DNA of 63,137 nucleotides, counting the filler, from Collodictyon triciliatum (lineage: Eukaryota): NCBI GenBank assembly GCA_043381765.1. It is 14 parts of 14 records of this genome, joined end to end, with 100 filler letters (N's around TTAATTAATTAA, not from the genome) between each part and the next. Parts side by side here need not be neighbours in the genome. Positions count along the whole stretch, not along the records: positions 1 to 4,551 come from JBHJMP010005974.1; positions 4,652 to 9,193 come from JBHJMP010005975.1; positions 9,294 to 13,835 come from JBHJMP010005976.1; 11 more parts are not named here. One strand, 5' to 3'. Shown here piece after piece: positions 1 through 12,400 of the stretch. The notes beneath the pieces are model-generated. The model was given only the letters and a program-made list of their open reading frames with translations, searched no databases and was not told where the DNA came from. A program made the position numbers and the translations under genes. Numbering within the stretch: the first letter of the stretch is position 1; each line of letters starts with the position of its first letter.

Positions 1-792
1 AATGATTTGTAAATACTGTTTATATTTCGAAAAAAATGAAGCGAAAATGAAACATGTACCCACCAAAATAATGAACTGGACGTGGACTATTGAACTTATT
101 TCATTATGAAATCATAATCAAAACTCGCCTCGCAAAGCGGCAATTGGGCACAAGGGTCTGTGTCTTTCGCCAAAAGTTCTTTGTAAATCACATGTAATCT
201 TTTACGCTATCAGAAACATAGGATATGCAACTTATGCACTAACTGCTTACACCCACTATACCTCTTTCTTTGCTCCTCCTTCTCTTCAGCCGCAAGATTT
301 ATGCTCCCACCTTCTGCCAAGAGCGATTGCTGTCGGTGGAGCATAAAGTAGGTCGTACAACCACGGTATTATTATACATATCTGGATATTATAATTTTGA
401 TTATTTTCTACATTAAATGATGGACAAACTATTTCAATTGTACATAAAATATCGCACGTTATCATTATATGGTTTATCTATCTAATAATTCCACCCCTAT
501 CCTTTTCCCCTTTGATTATTTACTGCCAACGCAACATAGATTCTTAATCCGAGAAGGCATCTCCAACGAAGCATCGAACCTTTGGGCCAGTCTCTGTGGA
601 TGGCGCTTTTCCAAAAAGTCTGCAGCCGAGAATGTCCGTCTCCTTCTTGCGCTTCTTAGAAGAACGGCGTGGCCTTCTGACACTCATATATTCATATATT
701 CATATACATTCGCTCGATCCTATGTTTCCTTTTGCCTCTTCGCAGCCGCAGACTAAGAGTTTCCCACCCCCCAAAGCACAAAACAGAGCTGA

Positions 793-3180
793 ATGGCCTC
801 CAACATCCAAGAATTCTGCGAGATCACAAGCGCTTCTGTCGAGGAAGCTACCTTCTATCTCCAGCAAACGAACGGCGATCTTGAGGTTTGAACGTCCGCT
901 TCTTGACTGCCTTTTTGGCTCAAATGGTATTTGGTTATAGCTTTTCTTTCTTTTTTTCTTTTTTCTTTTTTTTCTTTTTCTTCTTTTTTCTCTATTTCTT
1001 TCTTTCTCTATTTCATTGTTTGTTTGTTTTGTTTTTTTGTTTGTTTGTTTGTTTGTTTTTTTCTTTGTTTGTTTGTTTCTTTTTTTTCTTTGTTTGTTTG
1101 TTTGTTTGTTTGTTTGTTTGTTTGTTTGTTTGTTTGTTTGCTTGTTTGCTTGTTTCTTTTTTTCTTTTTCTTTTTTTCTTTCTTTCTCTATTTCTTTGTC
1201 TCTTTGTTTCTCTATTTCTTTCTCTATTTCTCTATTTCTTTCTTCTTGTTTCTTTTTTGTTTCTTTGTCTTTTCGTTTTTCTTTTGTGTCCGGTGTTCTT
1301 TAAGATTTCCCCTTCCCTCGACAAACGCCTGTCCATATGCCAGCTCTACAGTGTAGTTTAACCCTCGTCTTCCTTGGTTTTTTTCAAACGTAGGGTGCCA
1401 TCCTCCGTTTTTTCGAGGACCATGGAGAAGGCGATGAAGAGGAGCCGCCAGTGCAACCTGTTCGACACGTTAGTAACTAATATATCGAAAATCCAAGCTC
1501 ATGCTTCCTGCTTGTTTTTATTTCTGTGTCTTTTCTTTTGTTCATTCAACTCTAAGGTGTTGGTTTTGTGGATGTTGATATGTGAAAAAAAATTATACTC
1601 CACTGCGGTAACGTAAAGCTTGGATATCAACATGATTTAACGGACTCGTAAAAATCTCTCAACAGGCCCAAGTAGAGCCACCACGGTCTACAATTCTGCC
1701 TGTAGCTCCGGTTCAGCCTGAGCCCGTGGCTTCAAATCCATCCTCATCAGCCCAAGCGAAGAAGAAGCCAACTAACAGGTTTGATACACGTCTGTGTTTG
1801 CTTCTGTATGACCAAGGCATTCACGAGAATATTGACCATTGTGATAACTGTATCGATGTGACTGTCGTGTAGTGCCGGACCACGCATTGGAACATTCTCT
1901 GACCTGNNNNNNNNNNNNNNNNNNNNNNNNNNNNNNNNNNNNNNNNNNNNNNNNNNNNNNNNNNNNNNNNNNNNNNNNNNNNNNNNNNNNNNNNNNNNNN
2001 NNNNNNNNNNNNNNNNNNNNNNNNNNNNNNNNNNNNNNNNNNNNNNNNNNNNNNNNNNNNNNNNNNNNNNNNNNNNNNNNNNNNNNNNNNNNNNNNNNNN
2101 NNNNNNNNNNNNNNNNNNNNNNNNNNNNNNNNNNNNNNNNNNNNNNNNNNNNNNNNNNNNNNNNNNNNNNNNNNNNNNNNNNNNNNNNNNNNNNNNNNNN
2201 NNNNNNNNNNNNNNNNNNNNNNNNNNNNNNNNNNNNNNNNNNNNNNNNNNNNNNNNNNNNNNNNNNNNNNNNNNNNNNNNNNNNNNNNNNNNNNNNNNNN
2301 NNNNNNNNNNNNNNNNNNNNNNNNNNNNNNNNNNNNNNNNNNNNNNNNNNNNNNNNNNNNNNNNNNNNNNNNNNNNNNNNNNNNNNNNNNNNNNNNNNNN
2401 NNNNNNNNNNNNNNNNNNNNNNNNAGAAGGTGACGACGAGTACCAGGACTTGACCCAAAAGAAAAAGTCATGGTTTACTGGCCAGGGTAAAAATTCCCAA
2501 TTGAATGCCCTCGCTGTTTTTGTTTGCCATTCCACTCAAAAAAAAAACCTCCATATCATGATATTTTTGATCTTCCTAATTTGCGATAAATATTCGCTCA
2601 CAATCGGATATATTGTATTTCTAAACTATATGCTTTGGGTATATAGGACAGTCATTGGGAAACAGCGCCGCCAGTGGGCAGAAAGTTGCCGGAGCAACTG
2701 CTCCTCCGACCGTCGTACGTGTCGATTCTTGAAAGCTGCCTATTTTAGCCTCTACATGGTCCTCATAAACTGCCTATTTGGAGGATAGCTAACCCTTCAA
2801 GCGAATTTGATAACCAGGTGAAGAAAGTCATCTACTTCTGGGCTAATGGATTTTCAGTTAATGATGGTCCTCTCCGCGGTCTTGATGACCCAGCAAATAT
2901 TGCTTTTATTCGTGATATACAGCAGGGGTATGTTAGAACCGAATTATTTCCCCCTTTATTCGATTCAAAGATGCTGCAACTGAATCTTGAAGTTTCAGTA
3001 TGAACAATCAGCTATGCTCGCTTCGGGGATATACAAACCATATCAGTGTTTCTAACAGTTGTGACATGCAGTTTTATCCCCAAGGAACTCACATCCGAAG
3101 CTGTGAACGAGAAGATTGCGTGAGTTGATAATGTTATTTCATGACAGCACGATTATTATTACTATTATTATTATTATTAC

Positions 3181-3247
<67 letters not shown>

Positions 3248-4179
3248 TTAAAAAAGGAAAATGAAAATATGGAATTATACGCTTCCACGCGCTATATTCG
3301 ACTCATATACCAACTATATGTTTTCTTTCTACATATCTATAAGGGCTCAGAGGGTGCGATTGAACCATAGTTTATTCTATTAACCAATCTAAAATACTTA
3401 ACTCCAATCAAGAGTCGATGTCGAGGACAGAAGAACTGAACAATACGTGCCACCACCGAAGCCAAAAGCAGCAGCGTTTGCTGGAAGCGGACAAAAGCTA
3501 TCATCTACGTAATAATCATTTTTGGTTTTAAATTTTGCATTGGTACACCAACAACAACAACAACAACAACCTTTTTTTAGTTCCTTTAATCATCCGAACA
3601 TAACTACATCCTCTTTCAGACCTGCTCCTACAGTCGCAGCTCCAGTTGTCTCTCACAGCGGTAGTAGCAAGATTGTTCTGAATGAATCGGAGCCTACCAC
3701 AACGGTTTGTCTTACATTTTTTTTCCAGGTGATGCGCTCAATTACCATGCCATGGGAATATCTCTTTCGCTTGGCAAATAAGCGCATATATTCTACTCTG
3801 TTGAAATCATACATGTCTGCTTATCTATATATTTTTGCTTTTGGATAGGTTCAAATTCGTTTACACGACGGGTCAAGAATTGTCGTCAAGTTAAACCACA
3901 CGCACACAGTGGGCGACTTGTACAAGCATGTTGATGCGTAAGATGAAATACATATCAATCAGAGGGGCATCTATTATTACGTATTTGCGTTAGAGTCAAA
4001 TGAAACACACCAATATTGCGGTCTGAAATATATGCCGTCATGTGGTTTACAGGACAACAACACCCGGAAAAAAGTTTGTCCTATCAAACACATACCCCCG
4101 GAAAGCTCTGACCGACATGGCGCAGACGGTCGCAGAAGCAGGCATTTTGAATGCGTCCCTCCAGCACTCTGTCAGCTAG
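793..4179 (+). CDS. NSFL1C: p47/NSFL1C (Shp1) p97 cofactor, UBA-like + SEP + UBX, multi-exon, interrupted by an N gap
   Basis: Spliced exons: MASNIQEFCEITSASVEEATFYLQQTNGDLE (793-885) | GAILRFFEDH (UBA-like); VIYFWANGFSVNDGPLRGLDDPANIAFIRDIQQG | FIPKEL (SEP); VDVEDRRTEQYVPPPKPKAAAFAGSGQKL; TTT | VQIRLHDGSRIVVKLNHTHTVGDLY; FVLSNTYPRKALTDMAQTVAEAGILNASLQHSVS* (UBX; TAG 4177-4179). GT-AG boundaries keep frame. Confidence 0.93.
915..1290. repeat. Intronic T-rich low-complexity tract with (GTTT)n microsatellite
   Basis: Visible tandem GTTT and TTTC runs inside p47 intron 1; source of spurious F/L/V/C ORFs. Confidence 0.9.
3152..3247. repeat. (ATT)n microsatellite; similar tracts at ~15139-15232 and ~46205-46298
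   Basis: Direct reading. Confidence 0.9.
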
Positions 4180-4478
4180 ATATACCAAGACATAACCCCT
4201 GATATTTCGAATAAACAAGAGACTGGGCACCAGGATACAAAATCGAGTTAGAATCATAGAAAAGCGACGGAAGGGATATGCGAGAAGCAGAACTAGAAGG
4301 AAAAAGAGAGAAGAGAAGAATTGGACATAAGTGGTTCATTCCTTTCGTGTAGTCTGTCCAGAGGGGCTTCTAAAGACCATGTTGTTCTTTTCGCGATTTT
4401 TTTTTGAAGGTGGCGGCTGTTTTTATTTGAAAGTGGTGACTTCAATCTAGCAGGTATTTGGTTGCAAAGATAGAAGAG

Positions 4479-4481
<3 letters not shown>

Positions 4482-4543
<62 letters not shown>

Positions 4544-4551
4544 ACACACAC
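4482..4551. repeat. (CA)n microsatellite at contig end; another at ~16158-16238
   Basis: Direct reading. Confidence 0.9.
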
Positions 4552-4651
4552 NNNNNNNNNNNNNNNNNNNNNNNNNNNNNNNNNNNNNNNNNNNNTTAAT
4601 TAATTAANNNNNNNNNNNNNNNNNNNNNNNNNNNNNNNNNNNNNNNNNNNN
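4552..4651. other. Artificial contig-joining spacer (44N + TTAATTAATTAA + 44N), first of 13
   Basis: Linker starts at 4596, 9238, 13880, 18521, 23159, 27798, 32439, 37075, 41710, 46343, 50975, 55606 and 60237; it carries stop codons in all six frames. Confidence 0.97.
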
Positions 4652-5992
4652 TGGGATTGGGATTGGGATTGGGATTGGGATTGGGATTGGGATTGGGAAT
4701 GGTATTTGGAGTGGGAGTGGGAGTGGGAGTGGGAGTGGGAGTGGGAGTGGGAGTGGGAGTGGGAGTGGGATTGGGATTGGGATTGGGATTGGGATTTTGA
4801 ACGGGATTTCGATTTGGTTTTTGAGCGAGATTTTGAACGGGATTTTGAACGGGATTTTGAACGGGATTTTGAACGGGATTTTGAACGGGATTTCGATTTG
4901 GTTTTTGAGCGAGATTTAGAGCGGGATTGGGATTGGGATTGAAGAGTTAAATCAGATATGCCCCATATTTTAATTGTTTTGTCATCACTTCCGGAAACAA
5001 TTTTTAAACCATCAAGAGTAACAGCAACACTACGAACACTACTAGTATGACCTGTTAATGTGCGAATCAAAGCTCCATCAGAAAGATTCCATATTTTGAT
5101 TTTTTGGTCACCACTTCCAGAAACAATTTTTGAACCGTCAGGAGTAACTGCAACACCACTAATCCAAGTAGTATGACCAGTCCATGTGCGCACTAATACC
5201 CCATCAGAAATATTCCAAATTTTAAGTGTCATATCATGACTTCCAGAAACAATTTTTGAACCGTCAGGAGTAACAGAAACACTGTAAACATTGCCAGTAT
5301 GACCTGTTAATGTGCGAATCAAAGCTCCATCAGAAAGATTCCAGATTTTGATTGTTCTATCGCCACTTCCAGAAACAATTTTTGAGCCGTCAGGGGTAAC
5401 AGCAAGTCTGTATACTTTATTAGTATGGCCACTGATTGTGCGAATCAAAGCTCCATCAGAAAGATTCCAGATTCTAAGTGTTCTATCCCAACTTCCGGAA
5501 ACAATTTTTGAGCCATCAGGAGTAACAGCAACAGCCTCAATCCAATTTGTATGACCTGTCAATGTTCGAATAATGACTCCATCAACAAGATTCCAAATTT
5601 TGATTTCTTGATAACTCCCAGAGACAATTTTTGAGCCATCAGGTGTAACAGTAACAATCCAAACTTGATTAGTGTGGCCAGTCAGTGTGCGAATCAAAGC
5701 TCCATCAGAAAGGTTCCAGATTTTAACTGTTTTATCATGGCTTCCAGAAACAATTTTTGAACTATCAGGGACAGTAGCAACACTCCAGACATTATTGGTA
5801 TGACCTGTCAACGTGCGAATCAAATCAGCTCGTCCTTCAACTGGACAAAATTGGCAGTGTTATATCAATCCTAAAAATGTGTTTATTAATACTCTACATA
5901 ATTTGAAGTGTAATAAAATAAAACAATATAAATTCAATTAACAACGCACCCAATAGCAACAAAGCTGCAAAAAACTTTGAATTCGATCTCAT
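4652..5992 (-). CDS. Predicted signal peptide + 7 near-identical WD40 repeats + Ser-X dipeptide stalk; 3' end lost in gap
   Basis: Exon 1 5992-5950 (ATG AGA TCG AAT TCA AAG TTT TTT GCA GCT TTG TTG CTA TTG G), intron 5949-5841 (GTGCGT...TTTTGTCCAG), exon 2 in frame with ORF 4600..5823. Gives MRSNSKFFAALLLLVEGRADLIRTLTGH..., seven ~42-aa GH...W repeats, then (SQ)n(SRSK)n(SH)n(SQ)n. Confidence 0.85.
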
Positions 5993-8017
5993 TCTAAATT
6001 AAAGTGATGTATGTTTAAATACCGGAATAAAATTTTATGATATGGTTTACACTTAATTTATATATTTTTAAGTATATAATATTGAATAACTACACTAAAT
6101 TTTAATTGATTGATTCAGAAATAGATATCTATAAACCGATTTCATAACTATAGTAAATTATATGAAAATAAATCTTTCAAAATATAGACACTCCTATTCA
6201 TATCGATTGATAACTTTTACTATTTTATTTCATAATCTAGCGACTGACTCGGATTGATTCGTAAAAATTAATCATAAAAGTGAAAAATTCTCTCCAATTT
6301 AAAATAAATCGAAGGTATCAAATTTTTATGATTTTTATGATTAACAAACATTTAAATTAATATTCAATCGTATGATATAATCTTTTTGACAAAGTAATTG
6401 TTTTTACAATTGTATGTGTAGAGTCTGATGTGCGAATACTGTGGAAAAATCATTAATTAATATTTGATAAATGATGTTTTATATAAATGCAATGCATTTT
6501 TGACATAGTGAAAAATTGAGCATGAAACTCATGCACAGTAGCCTTATTATGAATAAATATATGAGTATAAATCATAGGAAGTAACTTAAAATTAGGTTTA
6601 AGTAATAAGAGAATAAAATAATTCAAGTTGAGACTAATAATTCTGGTTTCTCTAAGTTACGAATGAAAAAAACTATACTATTCATCATAATTTATAATTC
6701 AACAGAAGCCATCATCGATGAATTATGAACAATTTTAAATCAAAAGATTATATCATGCCCATGAGTAAATTTAAAAAATAAATAGATTGGATTATCATCC
6801 AATCAATTTACGAGAATTTGACATTATTAAATATAAAAAATATTAATAATTATGGATGTATGTCAAAAACTAAGTATGTATCCAGTTTATGAATAATATA
6901 TCTTATCAAGAAGAAAATTTTCCGATTATTTGATTTGATTTTGCTCGTATATTACGTATATAGAATATGATTAGATAAAGAGATATTTAATATATTGGTT
7001 ATTTAATCATGCGTTCAAAAATAGCAGCTTCATAATTCACATTTTCCATTTTTTCATTTAAATTTATCTATAAATAATAATAATAAAAATCAAATATTTA
7101 ACTCATCTCTTCTTTTCCCAGTCTTTCAAATTTGGGCGAGCAGATTATACCATAATTTAATCATAAGAAGTGATTAATGACGTGTATAATTGAATATTTA
7201 TCGACTCGTATATTCATAAATCATGAGAATTCTAATGAGATAAATTTGTTAATTGAAATGATATATTAATATAATCAATTTAAGTGTATGAGGGAATGTA
7301 CTTTTATAATGTGAATATTATAAATAATTAATATTGAAAGGCAATATCATAAAAAAACTCAATACCAGAATGATTGGCGTCGATTGAAAAATCACTTCAT
7401 TAATTAAAACATATTATATATAAATATTCCTTTGAATATCGAAATATAAATTTCTCAATGAATTTCAATAGAAAACTTAATCAACATGCTACTGATGATT
7501 AATTATCAAAATTCATGTTTACATAAAACAAGAAACATCATTAATTTGAATCGTTTTATTGTTTACCATATATTTACACACAATATATCAAAAAAAAATC
7601 ATATATTTAAATTATTGCATCATTAGATAAAGTTTACTATATCGATTATAAAAGAAACCCTGTTTGCCAGACTTCATTGGTGATTATCTTGGAGAAACAA
7701 GCATAACGATATTGCTCTATAACATGGATTTTGAAAACCTCTTTCGAATTATGAATATGTTTTATGCAAATGAATTTTTATTTTAGTTAACTGAATTATC
7801 AATTTTTTTTATAGGTATGCTTACTCTTGAAGTATATATCACTCATTGGCAGAATAGGGGCCCACATGATGAATCAAAACCTAGTGTTGTGTGATATTTT
7901 ATTATAAACTGATTCAAATACCAAAAGATATTATGTGAGTATTGGATATCATCGCTAACAGGTTTAATAATGCACAATAAGTTTCAGTATTATTATACGC
8001 GTGTAAATCTGATTCAT

Positions 8018-8442
8018 TTTTTATTCTTCCTTTCAAATTTTTGGAAGATGGTGGGGATTTGGCTATCGAAACTAGTCATTGTTTGCATGGACGCTACTTG
8101 GTGGCCGGGTGGCGGAGAAGTAGTCAGTAATCAGGAATTGCATCGTGCGATTTGGCGTGTAGCCTGGGTCTTGGGCTTGAGTGTGAGACAAGGCGAGGTT
8201 TAATCTCTTTATCGGCTTCTTTCCACATGTCTCTTCTCACAGGGATTGAGTAATAGAGAGCATCCTGGTGGCAAATGAAGCCGTTGAGGGGAGAGAGACT
8301 TGTATGACGTCATTCAGCCTATTGCCAGGAATGGTGATTGATTGTTAAATCCTGCTTTGCGTGAGTATATGGGTGCTATCCACATAGTCCATAGCATATT
8401 GCCTCGCGTCATTGTCCAGAAAGTTTTTTTGCCTCTGGGCTA
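8018..8442 (-). mobile_element. 5'-truncated, degraded non-LTR retrotransposon copy with 13-bp TSD
   Basis: Reverse complement aligns by eye to ~28128-28560. A-rich tail lies at the low-coordinate end. Identical direct repeats AAATCTGATTCAT at 8005-8017 and 8443-8455. Confidence 0.88.
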
Positions 8443-9057
8443 AAATCTGATTCATAGCTATTATTATCTCATTCTAGATAATGATACTCCAAAATAGTAA
8501 TTTTTAATCAACCTCTCTTTAAATGACGTATGTGTTGGAAACTGTATTAATATTTTTTCATTAAACTCAGAACCAAAGCTTGCTGATATAAAATATGATT
8601 AATTATTTTGACTATTAATCGTGATATGTCTCATATATATCCACATTTGATTGATTACTGCTATGAATATGATACACAGTTTCTTTGGAACCAATATAAG
8701 CCAAATATTTATAAGATGCCAATACTATGAAATATGATATAAAATGATTCATGGATACATAAAGCAGCAAACGTCCTTATATCAATTAAATTACAATTAT
8801 TTCATGATATAATTTACAAGTGAAATTATGGTTATTCAAGGATTTTACATGTGCATCTAAACAGACAGAATGAATCCTCCTTGTTGAATGTTTAGTAAAA
8901 ATTGATGAATAATATTAATGAGTTAATTAAGATGTATACATGTTTAAAATTTATACTAGGCCATATTTTTTCAGATAGAAAAATAAATCGGACAATATCA
9001 TAGATTTAATGCCATGGTAGAATCATCAAATACGAAACGATGATAGAGGCCATACTG

Positions 9058-9193
9058 TATGTATGTATGTATGTATGTATGTATGTATGTATGTATGTAT
9101 GTATGTATGTATGTATGTATGTATGTATGTATGTATGTATGTATGTATGTATGTATGTATGTATGTATGTATGAATGTATGTATGTATGTATG
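9058..9193. repeat. (TATG)n microsatellite at contig end; (CATA)n at 9294-9389 on the next contig
   Basis: Direct reading. Confidence 0.92.
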
Positions 9194-9425
9194 NNNNNNN
9201 NNNNNNNNNNNNNNNNNNNNNNNNNNNNNNNNNNNNNTTAATTAATTAANNNNNNNNNNNNNNNNNNNNNNNNNNNNNNNNNNNNNNNNNNNNATACATA
9301 CATACATACATACATACATACATACATACATACATACATACATACATACATACATACATACATACATACATACATACATACATACATACAGAGTAAAACA
9401 AGGCCAAAATAAAGGTTCTGAATAC

Positions 9426-12400
9426 CGTGCTGTAAGCAGGAACTTCCAATCGAATGACAGGCCCACCGAACCACATCATTTGCAAAAGAAATTGTATAGT
9501 CATCTTTGATGACCTTTAATAATAACACCACTCCAGATTGCTGGTGGCACATGTCTCTACTTATTCCTGAACAAACGTACATAAACCACTAAACATGAAA
9601 GCAGTGCCAAATTTTCCTAAAGGAAAGGATAGAAAAAAATTCTCTTAACTTACTGTCTTCAGTGAAGCATCGGTCGATTAACTTTAATGCGATAACTGTA
9701 AGTCTAACCAAGCTGATGAGGGTCGGATCTATATTGATTAATCCAAGTAGATTGGTATCAAGCTCACCAACTTGACTTAACTCCAAGGAATCAGAACTGA
9801 ATGGTTTCTCGGAATCTGATAATTTGCGTACTACGCCCAGCAACAGTTCGATTCCTTTCGCATTTCTTAGTGAAATACTTGCCTCAATGGCTACAAGAGT
9901 GTTATTGGTATTTTATTGCCTGAATATGCAACACACTGTAAATCAGACATGTATTGTTTTATCATAGTTGCATTTACGCTCTATCAGCTGAATCCCCCAC
10001 AAACACGTTGCTACTTTCCATTGTAATGTAATATCTTCATTCGATAGCAGAACCACTAGAGTAGGAATCGGGTCTGCTCGTCTAATAAAATCTCCAGCAT
10101 GTTCTAAAAAAAATTATAATAATAAACTCATAAGCTTCCCTGATTACCCACTGATATGGTCTACTTCAAGAAAGAAAAATTTCAAGTACCATTATCGTTA
10201 ATGCATAGCGTGAATAGGGTAATGACAGCGCCTTGAATGTGTGGGTCTTCATCAGTAAGATAATTTCTTAAGTTTGTGAGAATTCCACCCCGACATAAAT
10301 CATGCGATACGTTTTCTGTGATACATCGAACAAAAAAAAAGTTAAGAATTTTGAAAAAAAAAACAGATAAGTGAAAGAATGAGGTAATATGTATTCGATG
10401 TTTTAAATCACATTTTCATATATATATCTTTATTTATCAAATATTAACTAAGGTCGCAACAGGAAATCAAGCAGGACAAAACTTGCAACATAATTGTTGG
10501 ATAATTACAGATTGCTGCTAATTTTGTGGACAGCTTCACTATGCACCCATTACCTTGTAGATGAGAAACTACCTTGACTGAAGAGAGAGAAAATAGTGTA
10601 AATGGGATCGTTCCGGTCCTTAAAAACACAAATAAGCTTGAAGGTAAATAACTTTCAGCGGTGATTTTAACAAGAAAATACCATCATGATAAGCCATATT
10701 GTATATTATTTTTGAAATGAGATAAATGTGGTCAGGGTCGCTATCATCCAAGATGACATTAATTTTTGATAGAACATTGGTTTGAAGTAACACTTCGATA
10801 TGCATACCTATATAGAAAAAGAATAGGAATGGGTACATGTAGGAGATTAACAGAAAAGAAAAAATTGATTATTACAAACTGAATGAACCTATTGGTGTGA
10901 TAACATAGATGTCAAATAATAAACATGTATTCGTGTTCTTACTATTAGCCACGAGGGAATCACAAATTAACTGAAGAGAGCTGGAGCATGAGATATCATT
11001 TGACGTGAGAAAATCCTCAATTATTGAATACGTTTTACGAGGCTGAAATAATGGATTTTTGCACGCTGTTGGATAAAATTGATTTTAATATACAAAACTA
11101 CACGATCAAATGGAAAAATATCGAACCTTCAACAGATTCAAGACAACACATAAATGCTTCAATCCCGGCTCTTTGTTGCTTTTGATCCGTAGAATGAATA
11201 GACTTTAATATCAAACTCAGTCCAGAATGCGACTGGACTATTTTCTTGCTCAGCTCTTCAAAATAGACATGTTCATAATTTTATCATTTCCAAGGTGTAT
11301 GTTACGATGAATTCAAGATACTTTTAAATTATTTTTCATACAAACCACATTTCCTTTCTGGTTTACTTACTATGTACAAATATATATATATATATATATC
11401 AATGTTCATAATCATTCAATTCATGATATTTTCGATGTTTATGTGGAGGAGGAACACCCGTTTTGGTATTCGAAGCAGTAATTACCATTATTTCGGACGA
11501 CATGCACCAGACTTTCCAGAATTACTGGAATGTCGATTTCTTTGGAAAATCTTGTAAGGTTCATGATTTCATCAATTCCTCCGAGCTGACATAAGACTAC
11601 TTGGTTTGGGTCTGTGAAATTTAGTAACGTAATCAGTGCTCAATTTTTACAATAAAGATTATAAACAGGGCAGCAGTTTCGTTCATTCGATCTTCTTCAT
11701 GAGTTTTAAATGTTAATTCTAGGTTTTTTTTTTTTTTGCATCTTTGTTTTCGGTTCGGTTTGTATGTGTATCAAATCGATATGATAAGAACCATTGTTAA
11801 GACATAACGCCCCTAATGTCCGTGCAACATTTGCATGTATGATTCGATATTCTTCATCCCGCAGCATACCCAGCAAGTATTTGACTGCCCCTAGCCCACT
11901 TAATATATCCTGGTTTTTTTCTTCAAATACAACAGAACTTATGAGTGTCGCTTATGAGAATAGAGGTGCAATGTGGTGAATTATTTGTGTTTACAATAAG
12001 CCAGGTGCAATCAAAGGATATTCTCTATAGCTGCCAATCATACCATCATAAATCAGAGCCACGTAAAGGACTTCTAAGGCGTGGATAGTGAGTTCCTTCT
12101 CACCCTTCTCTTTCAATAACTGATAAACTGTAGTAACAACTTTGGAGGCTCGAAGCATACTTTGAGTTGCCTCTAACAAGATAACGTTTGAATTAACATA
12201 TAAGTCCTAGAAAATTCTGCTTGTAATATTTCCTTTACTATATTTTTATCGCAATATAGGCAATCATTCTTCAAAAATAAATCATTCAATATAAACTCAC
12301 CATGGTCTCTGCAGCAACTAGCAATGGCACGAAGCGATCCTATTCTGATTTCAATATTAGGTGATGAAAGCAGCCTACTGAGGTATGGCAATGCAGAAGC

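Noticed and set aside
110-690. Possible minus-strand gene divergent from p47
   Set aside because: Exon-like patches exist, but I could not assemble a consistent frame or recognise a product.
888-1361. Phe/Leu/Val/Cys-rich and other homopolymeric ORFs (also 9059, 14875, 30003, 32250, 32633, 36667)
   Set aside because: Translations of microsatellites and low-complexity intronic DNA.
1747-2535. ORFs spanning N runs (also 61258-62443)
   Set aside because: Their length comes from unknown bases.
9058-9389. (TATG)n facing (CATA)n as an inverted repeat or telomere-like structure
   Set aside because: The two tracts lie on different contigs separated by an artificial linker.
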